Shown here: piece after piece, positions 33,347-43,502 of the stretch | Layout: each line of letters opens with the position of its first letter | Numbering within the stretch: the first letter of the stretch is position 1 | Translations under genes and position numbers: made by a program | Notes under the pieces: generated by a model | Seen by the model: only the letters and a program-made list of their open reading frames with translations | What the model was told of the DNA's origin: nothing | Database searches by the model: none | From: Thermotogota bacterium | GTDB taxonomy: Bacteria > Thermotogota > Thermotogae > MWEM01 | NCBI GenBank assembly: GCA_035391225.1 | Contig: DAOPKN010000001.1 | Location: forward strand, 32,808-96,807 | Reading direction: 5' to 3' | Length of the DNA stretch: 64,000 bases

Positions 33347-35584
33347 ATGGAATTCAGACAATGGAAGCGCCGTATGTTTGACCGCGAGTTCGTGGTGGAG
33401 CACGGCAAGGTGGCCAGGCAGTCGGCCGGATCCGCGTACATTCGAGCGGGAGACACGGTGATACTGGTTGTTGCAAATGCAGCGAACGAACCCCGCGGGG
33501 GAGATTTTTTACCCCTTACCGTGGAGTTCCAGGAGAAATTCTACTCCGCGGGCAAGATCCCCGGAGGCTTTTTGAAACGGGAAGGAAGACCCGGCGAATC
33601 TTCCATCCTTGCGGCACGCCAAATCGATCGCCCCATCCGGCCCCTTTTCGGGGAGGGTTTTTCCAACGAAGTGCAGGTAATTGCCACGGTTTTCTCCATG
33701 GACCCGGACAATCCCGCGGACGTGCTGGCGATCATGGGAGCATCGCTGGCGTTGAACTTGTCCAACATCCCCTTCGAGGGAATCGTTGCCGGAGTGAAGA
33801 TGGGTTTCGTGGATGGCCAACCCGTGGTTTTCCCCAGCGAGGAGCAGTTGAAAAACAGCCTGCTGGATTTGACCGTTGCCGGAACCAAGGAAGCCATCGT
33901 AATGGTGGAAGGGGAAGGCAAGGAAGTCGACGAAGAGCTGATGATCCAGGCACTCGAGGCGGCACACAAGGCCATCGTGGAGCTGGTTACGTTGCAGGAA
34001 GAAATCATCGCCGAGCTGGGAATCCCCGAAAAAATGGAGTACGAAGTTCCCACGCTCTCGGAGGCAAACCGGCAAACCTTGGAGGAATTGATTGATATTC
34101 CGCTGCTGGAAGAGCGGATTTTCACCCAGGGCAAGAAGGCCAGGGACGTTGCGGTTGGAGAGTACAAGAAGCAAGTCATGGAGGTCTTCGAGGAGAAGTT
34201 GCGGAACCTTGAACTCGAAGAAGATGTGTTTGCCCAGCAATTTTCCCTGGCAAAGGCACACTTCGAAGACGTGATGAAAAAACGCATGCGCCGCAACATC
34301 TTGGAGAAGAACCGCCGTGCCGATTCGCGCCCCACTACCGGGATCCGAAACATCGAGTGTGAAATTGGCGTGCTACCGCGCACCCACGGTTCCGCGCTCT
34401 TTACGCGCGGTGAAACCCAAAGCCTGGGGATCGTCACGCTCGGCGACGGTTCGGATACCCAGCTCATCGACACGATTTACCAGAGCGATGAAAAGGCGTT
34501 CATGCTCCACTACAACTTCCCTCCTTTTTCGGTGGGGGAAGTCAAACCCATGCGTGGGGTGAGCCGCAGGGAAGTAGGCCATGGGCACTTGGCCGAACGC
34601 TCCGTGAAGTTCGTGCTTCCCAACGAGGAAGCGTTCCCCTACACCATTCGCGTGGTTTCGGAAATCCTGGAATCCAACGGTTCTTCCTCCATGGCAACCA
34701 TCTGTTCCGCTTCGTTGTCTCTCATGGATGCGGGTGTGCCGATTTCCAAGCACGTAGCCGGTGTGGCAATGGGATTGATCAAGGAAGAGGACGGCGTGGC
34801 GGTCTTAACCGATATCCTGGGGCTGGAAGATCACCTGGGGGACATGGATTTCAAGGTGGCAGGCACGCGCGACGGCATCACCGGTTTCCAGATGGACATC
34901 AAGGTGAGCGGAATTAGCAGCGACATCATGAAACAGGCTTTGCTGCAGGCAAAGGAAGCGCGCTTGCACATCTTGGATCTGATGTATTCCGCCATTCCTT
35001 CCCACCGCGAGGAGCTTTCTCCCTATGCGCCGGCGATCGTGCAGATCCAGATCCCTTACGAATCCATCGGGGAGCTCATTGGCCCTGGCGGAAAGACCAT
35101 CAAGCGCATCACCAAGGATTTCGAGGTCAATGTCAACGTGGAGGATGATTCGGGTAAGGTGAGCATTTCGGGAACGGACCGCGAAAAGGTTCGTGCCGCA
35201 CTCAAGTTCGTGGAAACGTTGACGCGCCCCATCCAGGCCGGGGAGGAATTCGAGGGAAAGATTACCCGCGTGGAGAAGTACGGCGTCTTCGTGGAAATGG
35301 CTCCTGGAAAGGTTGGATTGCTGCACGCTTCCAACATGGGGCGCCGGGTTCCGGATGCGACCAAGGAATTCAAGATCGGTGACACCATGAAGGTGTACGT
35401 GGCAAGCGTGGACGAAAATGGCAAGTACGACCTCAAGAAAATCTTGACCGAAGAGGAAAAGAAGCAAGCCGAAAAGGAGAAAAGCGAGCGGGGTTCCGCG
35501 CGGCCTAACTCCAATCGCCCTCCCCGTCCGCAAAATCGCCGCCCAAGGGGAAAGGGTGACCAATCCAGAAATGAAAACCATTGA
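33347..35584 (+). CDS. pnp: Polynucleotide phosphorylase
   Basis: Two RNase PH-like domains followed by KH ('IGPGGKTIKRI') and S1 ('GKITRVEKYGVFVEM') domains, with a basic C-terminal tail. AAGGAG site upstream. Confidence 0.9.
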   Translation: MEFRQWKRRMFDREFVVEHGKVARQSAGSAYIRAGDTVILVVANAANEPRGGDFLPLTVEFQEKFYSAGKIPGGFLKREGRPGESSILAARQIDRPIRPLFGEGFSNEVQVIATVFSMDPDNPADVLAIMGASLALNLSNIPFEGIVAGVKMGFVDGQPVVFPSEEQLKNSLLDLTVAGTKEAIVMVEGEGKEVDEELMIQALEAAHKAIVELVTLQEEIIAELGIPEKMEYEVPTLSEANRQTLEELIDIPLLEERIFTQGKKARDVAVGEYKKQVMEVFEEKLRNLELEEDVFAQQFSLAKAHFEDVMKKRMRRNILEKNRRADSRPTTGIRNIECEIGVLPRTHGSALFTRGETQSLGIVTLGDGSDTQLIDTIYQSDEKAFMLHYNFPPFSVGEVKPMRGVSRREVGHGHLAERSVKFVLPNEEAFPYTIRVVSEILESNGSSSMATICSASLSLMDAGVPISKHVAGVAMGLIKEEDGVAVLTDILGLEDHLGDMDFKVAGTRDGITGFQMDIKVSGISSDIMKQALLQAKEARLHILDLMYSAIPSHREELSPYAPAIVQIQIPYESIGELIGPGGKTIKRITKDFEVNVNVEDDSGKVSISGTDREKVRAALKFVETLTRPIQAGEEFEGKITRVEKYGVFVEMAPGKVGLLHASNMGRRVPDATKEFKIGDTMKVYVASVDENGKYDLKKILTEEEKKQAEKEKSERGSARPNSNRPPRPQNRRPRGKGDQSRNENH

Positions 35585-36851
35585 CCACCCAGGACTAAGC
35601 TACCAAGAATTGCCAAATGGGGCCCAGGTGTACTTCCAAAAGATGCCTGGGCTGCGTTCGGTGTGTATCGGGGTTGCGGTTCGTGCGGGTTCCTCGCACG
35701 AACCCGCGGACCTTGGGGGTATCGCGCACTTCACCGAGCACATGGTTTTCAAGGGAACTACCAAGCGGGACGCCTTTTCCTTGAAAGAACCCATCGAGAA
35801 GGTGGGAGGAACGTTGAATGCCTTCACCGGGAAGGAAACCACGGTTTACTTCGCGCGGGTTCCCGATTTCCAGGCAAAGGTGGCGTTGGAAATCTTGCTC
35901 GATATTGGGCAGAACGCCGTTTTTCCCGAAGAGGAGTTTAGCCTGGAAAAAGAAGTGGTGATCGAGGAGATCTGGTCTTCCGAGGATGATCCCGTGGACC
36001 AGGTGTACGAGAACCTTTTCCAGCTGGCCTGGAACGGCGGTGCCTATGGCCGGCCAGTGCTCGGGAATTTCGAAAGCGTTTCCCGCACGGAGCGAAAGGA
36101 CCTGGTGGATTTCTACCGCTCCCAGTACCACTCCAAGAACCTCATCGTTTCCGTGGCTGGTGACGTTGCCCAGGATTTCTTCAACCCCTTGGAGGCGTTT
36201 CCGACCGGTAACGCGGACCTCTCTCCCGCGGTTTTGGAGTATGCGCCGAAGGAACAGGTGGTTTTCGAGGAGAAGGAAGATTTGCAGCAAGTGCACCTTT
36301 TGCTGGGTCTCCGCGCTCCGGGCCGTAAAGACCCCCATTTCGATGCCTTCCAGGTGTTGAACGTCATCTTGAGCGGAGGCATGAGTTCCCGGCTGTTTCA
36401 CCGTGTGCGGGAGAAACTGGGTCTGGTGTACGCCATCGACTCTGGGTTGATTTCCTACCCCTCCAACGGGATTTTTTACATTTACGCCGCCACTTCGGCA
36501 GAGAAAGTGGGGCGCTTGGTGGAAGAGTTGCGCGGACAGGTTTCCGACCTTTTGCAGCACGGTGTGCGCGAGGAGGAGCTGGAGTATGGAAAGGCAAGGT
36601 TCCGGGGGAAATTGCTCCTTTCCACGGAAAGCACCTACTCTTCGATGATGCGGAACCTGGATAGCGGGCTGTCCTTGGGGCGTCCAGAGACCGTGGAAAA
36701 GATGGTGGAGCGAATTTTGCACATCGATTCTGAAAAACTCCAAGAGGTAATCCGGGAGTACCTGTCGCACCCCTGGCTCATGAGCACGGTTGTCCCCACG
36801 CGTTCCGTGGACCTTCTGAAAGCGAGTAAAATCCTTGAAAAGGGGTTTTGA
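35571..36851 (+). CDS. M16-family zinc peptidase (insulinase/pitrilysin-like, possibly an inactive partner)
   Basis: 'GIAHFTEHMVFKGT' HxxEH inverted zinc motif. The start may be ATG 35571 or GTG 35556, both overlapping the pnp 3' end. Confidence 0.75.
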   Translation: MKTIDHPGLSYQELPNGAQVYFQKMPGLRSVCIGVAVRAGSSHEPADLGGIAHFTEHMVFKGTTKRDAFSLKEPIEKVGGTLNAFTGKETTVYFARVPDFQAKVALEILLDIGQNAVFPEEEFSLEKEVVIEEIWSSEDDPVDQVYENLFQLAWNGGAYGRPVLGNFESVSRTERKDLVDFYRSQYHSKNLIVSVAGDVAQDFFNPLEAFPTGNADLSPAVLEYAPKEQVVFEEKEDLQQVHLLLGLRAPGRKDPHFDAFQVLNVILSGGMSSRLFHRVREKLGLVYAIDSGLISYPSNGIFYIYAATSAEKVGRLVEELRGQVSDLLQHGVREEELEYGKARFRGKLLLSTESTYSSMMRNLDSGLSLGRPETVEKMVERILHIDSEKLQEVIREYLSHPWLMSTVVPTRSVDLLKASKILEKGF

Positions 36852-36853
36852 TC

Positions 36854-37990
36854 ATGAAAATTTCCTGGCAACCCATCGACGAAATCAAAACCGGATCGGT
36901 TTGTGGGGACGATATTTTTGATCCCAATAGCTTCGTGCTGTTGACCCATCGCGGGAATGTCTTGAATTCCCAAACGCTGGCTTTCCTGAAAAGGCACAAC
37001 GTGACCTGGATCCCCGTGGGGGTGGAGGAAGCCAATGCCCCTCGCCCCGATGACACGCTCCCCCTTTCGTTGGAAAAGGAAACGATGGCCCAGGCGGAAA
37101 AAGCCCTTGCCCCTGATCTTCCCTTAGCGCTTTCCGACGAGAAGTACCATTCGGCACTGAATCGCTTCCAGAATTTTGCCCAGGTTTTGTTGGAGAAGGG
37201 GACGGTGAATCCTGCCGAGATCACCAACCTGTCCAACGACATCGTGAGCGAGGTGATCAAGACGGAGCCGGGGGTTTTGAACTTCCTCACGGAGATCAGC
37301 GGGGGCTTCATCGTGAAGCACGGTATCAACGTTGCGATCCTTGCGGCATCCTTGGCGCACCATCTCAAGCAACCCTGGCATTACCTCGTGCAATTGGTGA
37401 AGGTGGCACTGCTGCATGATGTGGGGTTGATATGGGTTTCCCCCAAGCGGTCGCTGCAATTCGTGGAAGATATCCAGAAGGAGTTCGAGTACGGGCCGAT
37501 GGACCGCATCAAGATGCACCCCATTTTGGCGGTGAAGATAATCCAGAAGGTCGATCCTGGTTTCTTGGAAAAGGACGTGGAAACGGGAATCCTCGAGCAC
37601 CACGAACGCTTCGATGGCAGGGGTTTCCCCTTCCACCGGGTGGGGAAGGGCATCCATTTTTTTGCCCGGGTTCTTGCTGTTGCCGATACGTACGATACCT
37701 TGATTACTTCCATCGGCGGAAAGGCCCGGATGGATCCCCATGCGGCTTTACGCTGGATCATTTCCAAGGTGGATTCCGTTTTCGACCCGGACATGGTGCG
37801 GGCATTCATTCAGATTGCCGGCATTTATCCCACCGGTACGCTGGTGAAGCTGAACGATGGGAGCATGGGAAAGGTGATTTCCCGGGGAGAAAGGGCTTTG
37901 GGGCGTCCCATATTGCTTTCCGAAGGTCGTGAAATCGAGTTGGAAAAGAACCCGGATCTGTTTATCCTTGAGGTGAAGGGAATTGGTTAA
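36854..37990 (+). CDS. HD-GYP domain protein (c-di-GMP phosphodiesterase family) with an N-terminal sensor region
   Basis: 'LLHDVGLIWV' HD motif and 'HHERFDGRGFPF' GYP-region motif. Confidence 0.8.
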   Translation: MKISWQPIDEIKTGSVCGDDIFDPNSFVLLTHRGNVLNSQTLAFLKRHNVTWIPVGVEEANAPRPDDTLPLSLEKETMAQAEKALAPDLPLALSDEKYHSALNRFQNFAQVLLEKGTVNPAEITNLSNDIVSEVIKTEPGVLNFLTEISGGFIVKHGINVAILAASLAHHLKQPWHYLVQLVKVALLHDVGLIWVSPKRSLQFVEDIQKEFEYGPMDRIKMHPILAVKIIQKVDPGFLEKDVETGILEHHERFDGRGFPFHRVGKGIHFFARVLAVADTYDTLITSIGGKARMDPHAALRWIISKVDSVFDPDMVRAFIQIAGIYPTGTLVKLNDGSMGKVISRGERALGRPILLSEGREIELEKNPDLFILEVKGIG

Positions 37991-39062
37991 ATGGAAACCA
38001 CTCGAACAACTCCAGGAAGGCGATGTGATCGCGGAGAACATCCTTGGGAGTAATTCCCAAGATCTGATCGTCCACACGGGGCAACTGGTTTCCAAAGCCT
38101 TGATCCAAAAGTTGCATAGCCGAGGGATTTCGTGGATCTCGGTTTTCGAGGATGTTCGTAAGGCAGTGCAGATCCACTCCGCCCCGTTTTCCCAGGAAAA
38201 GCTCGATGAAATGGAAGAGGAGATCTCCCAGGTCTTCGAAAAGATCCTCAAAGAGGAGCGGGTGGAAGTCGCACGGGTGGAGACGCTGGGAAGGGAAATT
38301 TCCCATGCCATCATTTCCACCTACGGGGAGTACCTGGTTCCCTCGCTTTCCAAGTTGCGCGAACTGGATGACTACACCTTCAACCACCAGGTGAACGTTT
38401 CGATCATTGCCACTTCCATTGCGGCCGAGATGTTTCCCCACGACATTGGCATGGTGGAACGGATTGCAACGGGGGGGCTTTTGCACGACATGGGGAAGTT
38501 GTGGATCCCCTTGGAGATCTTGAACAGCAAGAAGCGCCTTGCGGACATGGAATTTGATATCATCAAGAAACACCCCAAGTATGGCCACGGGATTGCCCTT
38601 ATGTCTGGGATCGAAGACCAGGTAGTTTTGGACTGTATTCTTTTTCACCACGAACGCGTGGATGGCACGGGGTATTGCACGGGTTTGAAGGGCGAAGAGA
38701 TTCCCTTCGCTGGCCGGTTGATGATGGTCGCGGATGTGTTTGATGCCCTGACATCGGTGCGCCCCTACAAGAAAGGCTGGTCTCCGTACGATGCCGTGAG
38801 TTTCATCATCAAGGAAACCGGCAAAATGTTCGACCAGAAGATCGTGAATCCTTTTATCAAGGCTTTTGGCATTTACCCCGTGGGCACGGAGGTGCTTCTC
38901 TCCGATGGCTTGAAGGGGACGGTGGTGGGGAATCGGAAGGGGACCATTTCCCGACCGCTGATCAGCTTTGAGAGAAATGGTGAGTCGAAGTTGGTCGACT
39001 TGTTCGAGAGAAAAGACTTGCGCGTGGTGGAGGTACTGCGGGGTGCCCTGGCAACCGGGTGA
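37983..39062 (+). CDS. HD-GYP domain protein (tandem paralogue)
   Basis: 'LLHDMGKLWIP' and 'HHERVDGTGY'. Overlaps the upstream paralogue by 8 nt. Confidence 0.8.
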   Translation: MVKWKPLEQLQEGDVIAENILGSNSQDLIVHTGQLVSKALIQKLHSRGISWISVFEDVRKAVQIHSAPFSQEKLDEMEEEISQVFEKILKEERVEVARVETLGREISHAIISTYGEYLVPSLSKLRELDDYTFNHQVNVSIIATSIAAEMFPHDIGMVERIATGGLLHDMGKLWIPLEILNSKKRLADMEFDIIKKHPKYGHGIALMSGIEDQVVLDCILFHHERVDGTGYCTGLKGEEIPFAGRLMMVADVFDALTSVRPYKKGWSPYDAVSFIIKETGKMFDQKIVNPFIKAFGIYPVGTEVLLSDGLKGTVVGNRKGTISRPLISFERNGESKLVDLFERKDLRVVEVLRGALATG

Positions 39063-40287
39063 GCCCGCGCTTCGCGCGCTGGGTGATGGCTTGTTTTTGC
39101 CCGATTACGGCAACCGCTCGCTGGTGGGTTTTTCCAACTTCCTGTTGCAGCATTTTGGAGAGACACCGTTGCACGAGCCTTTTCACGTAGGTGATTCCTT
39201 CGCTTGGGTGGGAAAACGCAAAAAAGTGGTGGTTTTCCTGTTGGACTCCCTGGGTTTCTCCAATCTTCAACGAATCTGTGCGTGCTCTCCCTATGCTGCG
39301 CAGCTTGTGGAAAAAGCGGTGTGCTGGAAGCTCTCCACGGTGTTTCCCTCCACGACAACCGCCGCACTAACCAGCTTTTTCACCGGGCGCTATCCTTGTG
39401 AGCACGGCATGTTGGGGTACATACTGTTCCTCAAGAAATTCTCCTCCTACGTGAACATGATCGATTTCTCTCCACCCGGATTGCCGCGTGACATTCTTTT
39501 GGGAACGGGATTGAATCCCACGCGTTTCTTGCCGGTTCCCACGCTTTTCGAGATACTGGGGAAAAAGGGGGTCAAGTGCTGGTCGGTGACCTCGAACCTT
39601 TTCAAGCAATCCGGGTTGAGCTTGATGCATCACAAGGGTTCGGCCATTCGTGGCTACTCGGACATGACGGAAATGGCTTTTTGCGTGCAACGACTTTTGC
39701 AAAGGGAGAAAGGACCCCTTTTCGTCACCGTGTACTGGGGGCTTCTCGATTCGCTTGCGCACCATTATGGCCCCGATTCCGAAGAGTTTGCCAAGGAAGG
39801 CGAGCTGCTTTTTCGTCTTTTCCACGAGGTGTTGTTTTCCAACAAGGAGATTCCCCAACCTGAAGATACGTTGTTTTTCATCACCGCGGACCATGGACAG
39901 ATTGCCACGAGCTGGAAGGACGAAAGTTGGTTCGTGTACCAGGATCCACTCATTTCGGAGCACCTGGAGGGACTTCCTTCCGGTGAGCCCCGTGCGGTAT
40001 ACCTTTCTCCCCGGGATGCAGAGGCTTTCCAAAGGGATTTTTCCGCACAGGTTGGCAACCGGTTTCGTTGGCTTTCCCGCACGCAAGCCCTGCAGCATGG
40101 TTTGTTCGGGGCTGCAGAAAGCGCGAGCCCTCTTTTTTTCGAACGGGTTCCCCCGCTCGTGGGACTGGCAAAGGGAAACTACTCGTTTAACTTTAAGTAC
40201 TCGGGCAACGAGCGATCTCTCAAAGGGAAACACGGAAGCGTAACCACGGGGGAGTTGGAAATCCCATTGTTGATGATTGCTCCTTGA
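39043..40287 (+). CDS. Alkaline-phosphatase-superfamily phosphodiesterase / nucleotide pyrophosphatase-like enzyme
   Basis: 'VVVFLLDSLGF' (metal-binding Asp-Ser/Gly) and 'FITADHGQ' (DHG motif) as in type I phosphodiesterases. Start uncertain: GTG 39043 (GGAGGT 7 nt upstream) is preferred over ATG 38968, which would overlap the upstream gene by 95 nt. Confidence 0.55.
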   Translation: MPWQPGEPALRALGDGLFLPDYGNRSLVGFSNFLLQHFGETPLHEPFHVGDSFAWVGKRKKVVVFLLDSLGFSNLQRICACSPYAAQLVEKAVCWKLSTVFPSTTTAALTSFFTGRYPCEHGMLGYILFLKKFSSYVNMIDFSPPGLPRDILLGTGLNPTRFLPVPTLFEILGKKGVKCWSVTSNLFKQSGLSLMHHKGSAIRGYSDMTEMAFCVQRLLQREKGPLFVTVYWGLLDSLAHHYGPDSEEFAKEGELLFRLFHEVLFSNKEIPQPEDTLFFITADHGQIATSWKDESWFVYQDPLISEHLEGLPSGEPRAVYLSPRDAEAFQRDFSAQVGNRFRWLSRTQALQHGLFGAAESASPLFFERVPPLVGLAKGNYSFNFKYSGNERSLKGKHGSVTTGELEIPLLMIAP

Positions 40288-40320
40288 GCATGTTGCTTTC
40301 GAGGAAAAAGGGGTTTTTTT

Positions 40321-41097
40321 ATGTCTTCTCACGTTTCCATATACCTTTTGAAAGATTTTCCCGTACTGGGAAAAAAGGGCAATGTGGTCAGGGTTCCCCG
40401 GAAGTACGCCAATCACTTCCTGGTGCCGCGCAAGATTGCCCGGAAGATAGAGCCTGGAAACACCCCTCCTCCGCCGCTTCCACAGGAACTTCCAGCTGGG
40501 CGAACCCCACAGCAAGTGCTCCCCTCCCGCAAGAAAAGCCGCGATGTTTCCGCCTCCTTCCCCACCCAGCTTCCGCCGGTATCGTTTCCCGTTTCTTTCC
40601 GCCATGGGGGCGAAAAGGAGTGGGTTCGCTGGGAATGGTACCCCGCGCACCGTCTCGCATACCTCCCTGGAGGCGGGCGATTCGTGTTGATTCGCTTCCG
40701 CAAGAAGACGTATTTCGCCACTTTTTCCTACCTGCAAGCGTTGGTTCGCCGGAAGATCCGTGCCCCACTAATCGTGGATGGCAGTAACACGGGTTGGGTC
40801 AACGGGTTTCCTTCCTTGGACCCGATCTTTTTGGTGTACGATTACATTGCACGGGATTCGGAGCAATTCTTCTTCCCGCTGGTTTGGGTCTTCGATACCT
40901 CTTTCCGCCGGAAACTATGTCCAAGTGAGCGGAACACGTTGGATGAATTCTCCCGCTGGTGGGGGGTGCGGGTAGTGGGTTACGCCGATCGGATGATTTT
41001 CCAGATGGCCCGGGAGTATGGTACCCGTTTCCTTTTTTCCGACGATCGATTCCAGGAATTTTTTACGGAAGACTACACGCGTATCAGTTTTCGGTGA
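40321..41097 (+). CDS. Fusion of a ribosomal-protein-L9 N-terminal-like domain, a Pro-rich linker and an NYN/PIN-like nuclease domain
   Basis: N-terminus 'VSIYLLKDFPVLGKKGNVVRVPRKYANHFLVPRKIAR' aligns with L9-N ('[35 protein letters not shown]'). The C-terminal 'IRAPLIVDGSNTGW...' is the NYN-domain hallmark. Confidence 0.5.
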   Translation: MSSHVSIYLLKDFPVLGKKGNVVRVPRKYANHFLVPRKIARKIEPGNTPPPPLPQELPAGRTPQQVLPSRKKSRDVSASFPTQLPPVSFPVSFRHGGEKEWVRWEWYPAHRLAYLPGGGRFVLIRFRKKTYFATFSYLQALVRRKIRAPLIVDGSNTGWVNGFPSLDPIFLVYDYIARDSEQFFFPLVWVFDTSFRRKLCPSERNTLDEFSRWWGVRVVGYADRMIFQMAREYGTRFLFSDDRFQEFFTEDYTRISFR

Positions 41098-41124
41098 ATC
41101 TTTCGTGAGGAGTGGTAAAATAGG

Positions 41125-41478
41125 ATGAATGGAACGCAGACCATGGCAAAGATCCACGAACTCACCACGGCTCTTTTGAAAGCGGTGGAGGAAGAAAAGT
41201 TCCCCCTCTTTCCGAGTCTCTTGGAGCAAAGGGCCCATTTCGTGGAGAGCTTCGTCGCTCTTCCCGACGAGCAAAAAGGGAACAAGGAAGTGCTTTCCAA
41301 GATGTTGGGGCAAATCCAGGAACTGGAAAAACAGATCTTGGATTGCATCCAACGGAATAGGGAGAAGTACGGTCTCCAAGGGAAAAAACTCCAAAAAGGG
41401 GAGCAAGCCATGAAGGGTGGGTACATGAAGTTGATCGAGGAGATGCGTTCCAAGCGCAGGTTTTCTGGGAGGGGATAG
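41125..41478 (+). CDS. Small alpha-helical hypothetical protein (FlgN/FliT-like coiled-coil, unassigned)
   Basis: 117-aa ORF with regular coding periodicity and a GAGGAG site 12 nt upstream. No recognisable motif. Confidence 0.4.
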   Translation: MNGTQTMAKIHELTTALLKAVEEEKFPLFPSLLEQRAHFVESFVALPDEQKGNKEVLSKMLGQIQELEKQILDCIQRNREKYGLQGKKLQKGEQAMKGGYMKLIEEMRSKRRFSGRG

Positions 41479-41482
41479 GGTC

Positions 41483-42769
41483 ATGCAAAGTACGCTGGTG
41501 CGGGGAGTGCAGGTTTTTGACGGAGAGAGATGGATACCCGAAGGGTACGTTGTGGTGCGGGGAAACCGCATCAGCCACATGGGAGAAGGGGCCGCCCCCC
41601 GGGAGTTGGTGGAGGAATGCGGGCGTGACATGGCCTTTTCCCCGGGGGAATACCTGTTGATGCCCGGGCTTGTCAACGCCCACACGCATGTGGGCATGGG
41701 GCTTTTGCGGGGTGTTGCCGACGATGTTCCCTTCGAGAAGTGGTTGTTCGAGGAAATATTGCCCCGCGAGAATCGGATGAACGGAGACGACGTGTACTTT
41801 TCCGGGCTTCTTTCCCAGATGGAAATGGCGCGGAAGGGGATTACCCTGTTCCTGGACATGTACATGTTCCCCCAACGCGTGGCCCAAGCGGTCCATGAAT
41901 TCGGCATGCGGGCGGCCATCACCCGGGGCTTGGTGGACGAGGAAGTAGAGCGATTTGGGGAAACCACCCGGTTGCAGGAAAACATAGAGCTGTTCGAGAA
42001 GTGGAACGGTGCGGATGGTGGGAGAATCACGGTTGGTTTTGGCCCGCATTCGCCCTATGCCTGCTCCTTCGAGTTGCTCGAAACGGTTGCACGAGTCGTT
42101 CGGGATTTCGGAAGCTTCGTGAATATCCATATCCGTGAATCTGCACGGGAACGGCAACAGTACGAAATTTCCCGGGTTGCCCAGAGTGGGATTTTCGATG
42201 TGCCTTGCTTTGCAGCCCATTGCGTGCACCTTTCCGAGGAAGACATGAAGCTGATGGCCGAAAAGGGAGTTTGGATTGTACACAACCCTTCCTCAAACCT
42301 CAAGCTTGCCAACGGGATTGCCCCAGTTGCGCGCATGCTGGAAAACGGGTGCAAGGTGTTGCTGGGCACCGATAGCGTGGCGAGTAACAACTCGTTGGAT
42401 ATTTGGCGGGAAATGTTGTTGACAGCGTTGGTGCAAAAGGGTTTTTTCCACGATCCCACGCTGCTCCCCGCTTCCCGGGTTTTGCAGATGGCGGGACCGG
42501 ATGCCTACCAGGCGATGGGCTTCCCGGATGGGGGAATACTCAAACCGGGGAATCTCGCGGACATGGTTTTGCTGGAGCTGCATCCCATCGATTTCTTTCC
42601 GCCCGAGCAGTTGCTTTCCCACCTCGTGTACAGCGGGGGGAGCGCGCATGTGTTCGCGACCATGGTGGATGGAAAATGGGTGTACTACGAAGGCGCGTTT
42701 CCCACTATCGACGCCGACGAGGTGTTTTCCTACCTTGGTCCGCGCAACGAGGCTCTCCGCGAAAAATGA
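41483..42769 (+). CDS. Amidohydrolase of the MtaD/chlorohydrolase family (5-methylthioadenosine/S-adenosylhomocysteine deaminase-like)
   Basis: 'LLMPGLVNAHTHVGMGLLRGVADD' HxH metal-binding motif of TIM-barrel amidohydrolases. Overall length and C-terminal 'GTDS' and 'HP' motifs are typical. Confidence 0.75.
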   Translation: MQSTLVRGVQVFDGERWIPEGYVVVRGNRISHMGEGAAPRELVEECGRDMAFSPGEYLLMPGLVNAHTHVGMGLLRGVADDVPFEKWLFEEILPRENRMNGDDVYFSGLLSQMEMARKGITLFLDMYMFPQRVAQAVHEFGMRAAITRGLVDEEVERFGETTRLQENIELFEKWNGADGGRITVGFGPHSPYACSFELLETVARVVRDFGSFVNIHIRESARERQQYEISRVAQSGIFDVPCFAAHCVHLSEEDMKLMAEKGVWIVHNPSSNLKLANGIAPVARMLENGCKVLLGTDSVASNNSLDIWREMLLTALVQKGFFHDPTLLPASRVLQMAGPDAYQAMGFPDGGILKPGNLADMVLLELHPIDFFPPEQLLSHLVYSGGSAHVFATMVDGKWVYYEGAFPTIDADEVFSYLGPRNEALREK

Positions 42770-43482
42770 CCGGTTTCCCGGACTTGTTCGTGCAATCTCT
42801 ACCCCTGCTGTTTGACCACGAATGGGAAAGGTTTCTTCGACTGGTGCTGGTGCGCACCCCTTCGGTGATATTCGCACTGGCGTTCCACGAATGGGCACAT
42901 GCCTGGGTGGCTTGCAGGGTGGGCGATCCCAGCCCACGCCTCTTGGGGCGGAAAACGCTCAACCCCTTGCGGCACATTGATCCTGTGGGGCTGGGGGTCT
43001 TTTTGGTGTTCGGGTACGGGTGGTCCAGACCCATTCCCATCAACCCGTTGAAATTGAAGAGGAAGACGCGCGACATCTTCCTGATCACGATTTCTGGTCC
43101 CGTTTTCAACCTTGGCCTCGCCTTTTTCGCGGGTTTCTTGTTTTACGGGTTGGGGTTGCACAAGTTCAGCTTTTTTTTCAATCCGGGTGCGGTGGATGCC
43201 CATTTCCTCGTGATGTACCTTGCGGACTTGTTGGGATATTTCGTGGTTGCCAATTTCGTGTTGTTCGTGTTCAACGTTCTTCCGGTCATGCCGTTGGATG
43301 GTTCTCGGTTCCTGCTGATTTTTTCCACCTCTCGCTACATGAAGGTAGTGTTGAAGTACCAGGTGTACGGCATCATCGTGTTGCTTTTCTTGATTATCAC
43401 TGGGATTGCCAACTGGTTCATGGCGCCCATCGTGGAATTGTTCCAGGGTATGATCATTCGCCTGTCCCAGTATTTTGGATGA
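42766..43482 (+). CDS. M50-family membrane zinc metalloprotease (SpoIVFB/site-2 protease-like)
   Basis: 'HEWAHAWVA' HExxH within a TM helix, a later 'NLLPVMPLDGSRFL' LDG motif, and multiple TM segments. Its ATG overlaps the upstream stop in an ATGA overlap. Confidence 0.75.
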   Translation: MTGFPDLFVQSLPLLFDHEWERFLRLVLVRTPSVIFALAFHEWAHAWVACRVGDPSPRLLGRKTLNPLRHIDPVGLGVFLVFGYGWSRPIPINPLKLKRKTRDIFLITISGPVFNLGLAFFAGFLFYGLGLHKFSFFFNPGAVDAHFLVMYLADLLGYFVVANFVLFVFNVLPVMPLDGSRFLLIFSTSRYMKVVLKYQVYGIIVLLFLIITGIANWFMAPIVELFQGMIIRLSQYFG

Positions 43483-43502
43483 GGTGGCAAAAGGGGGTAT
43501 TT

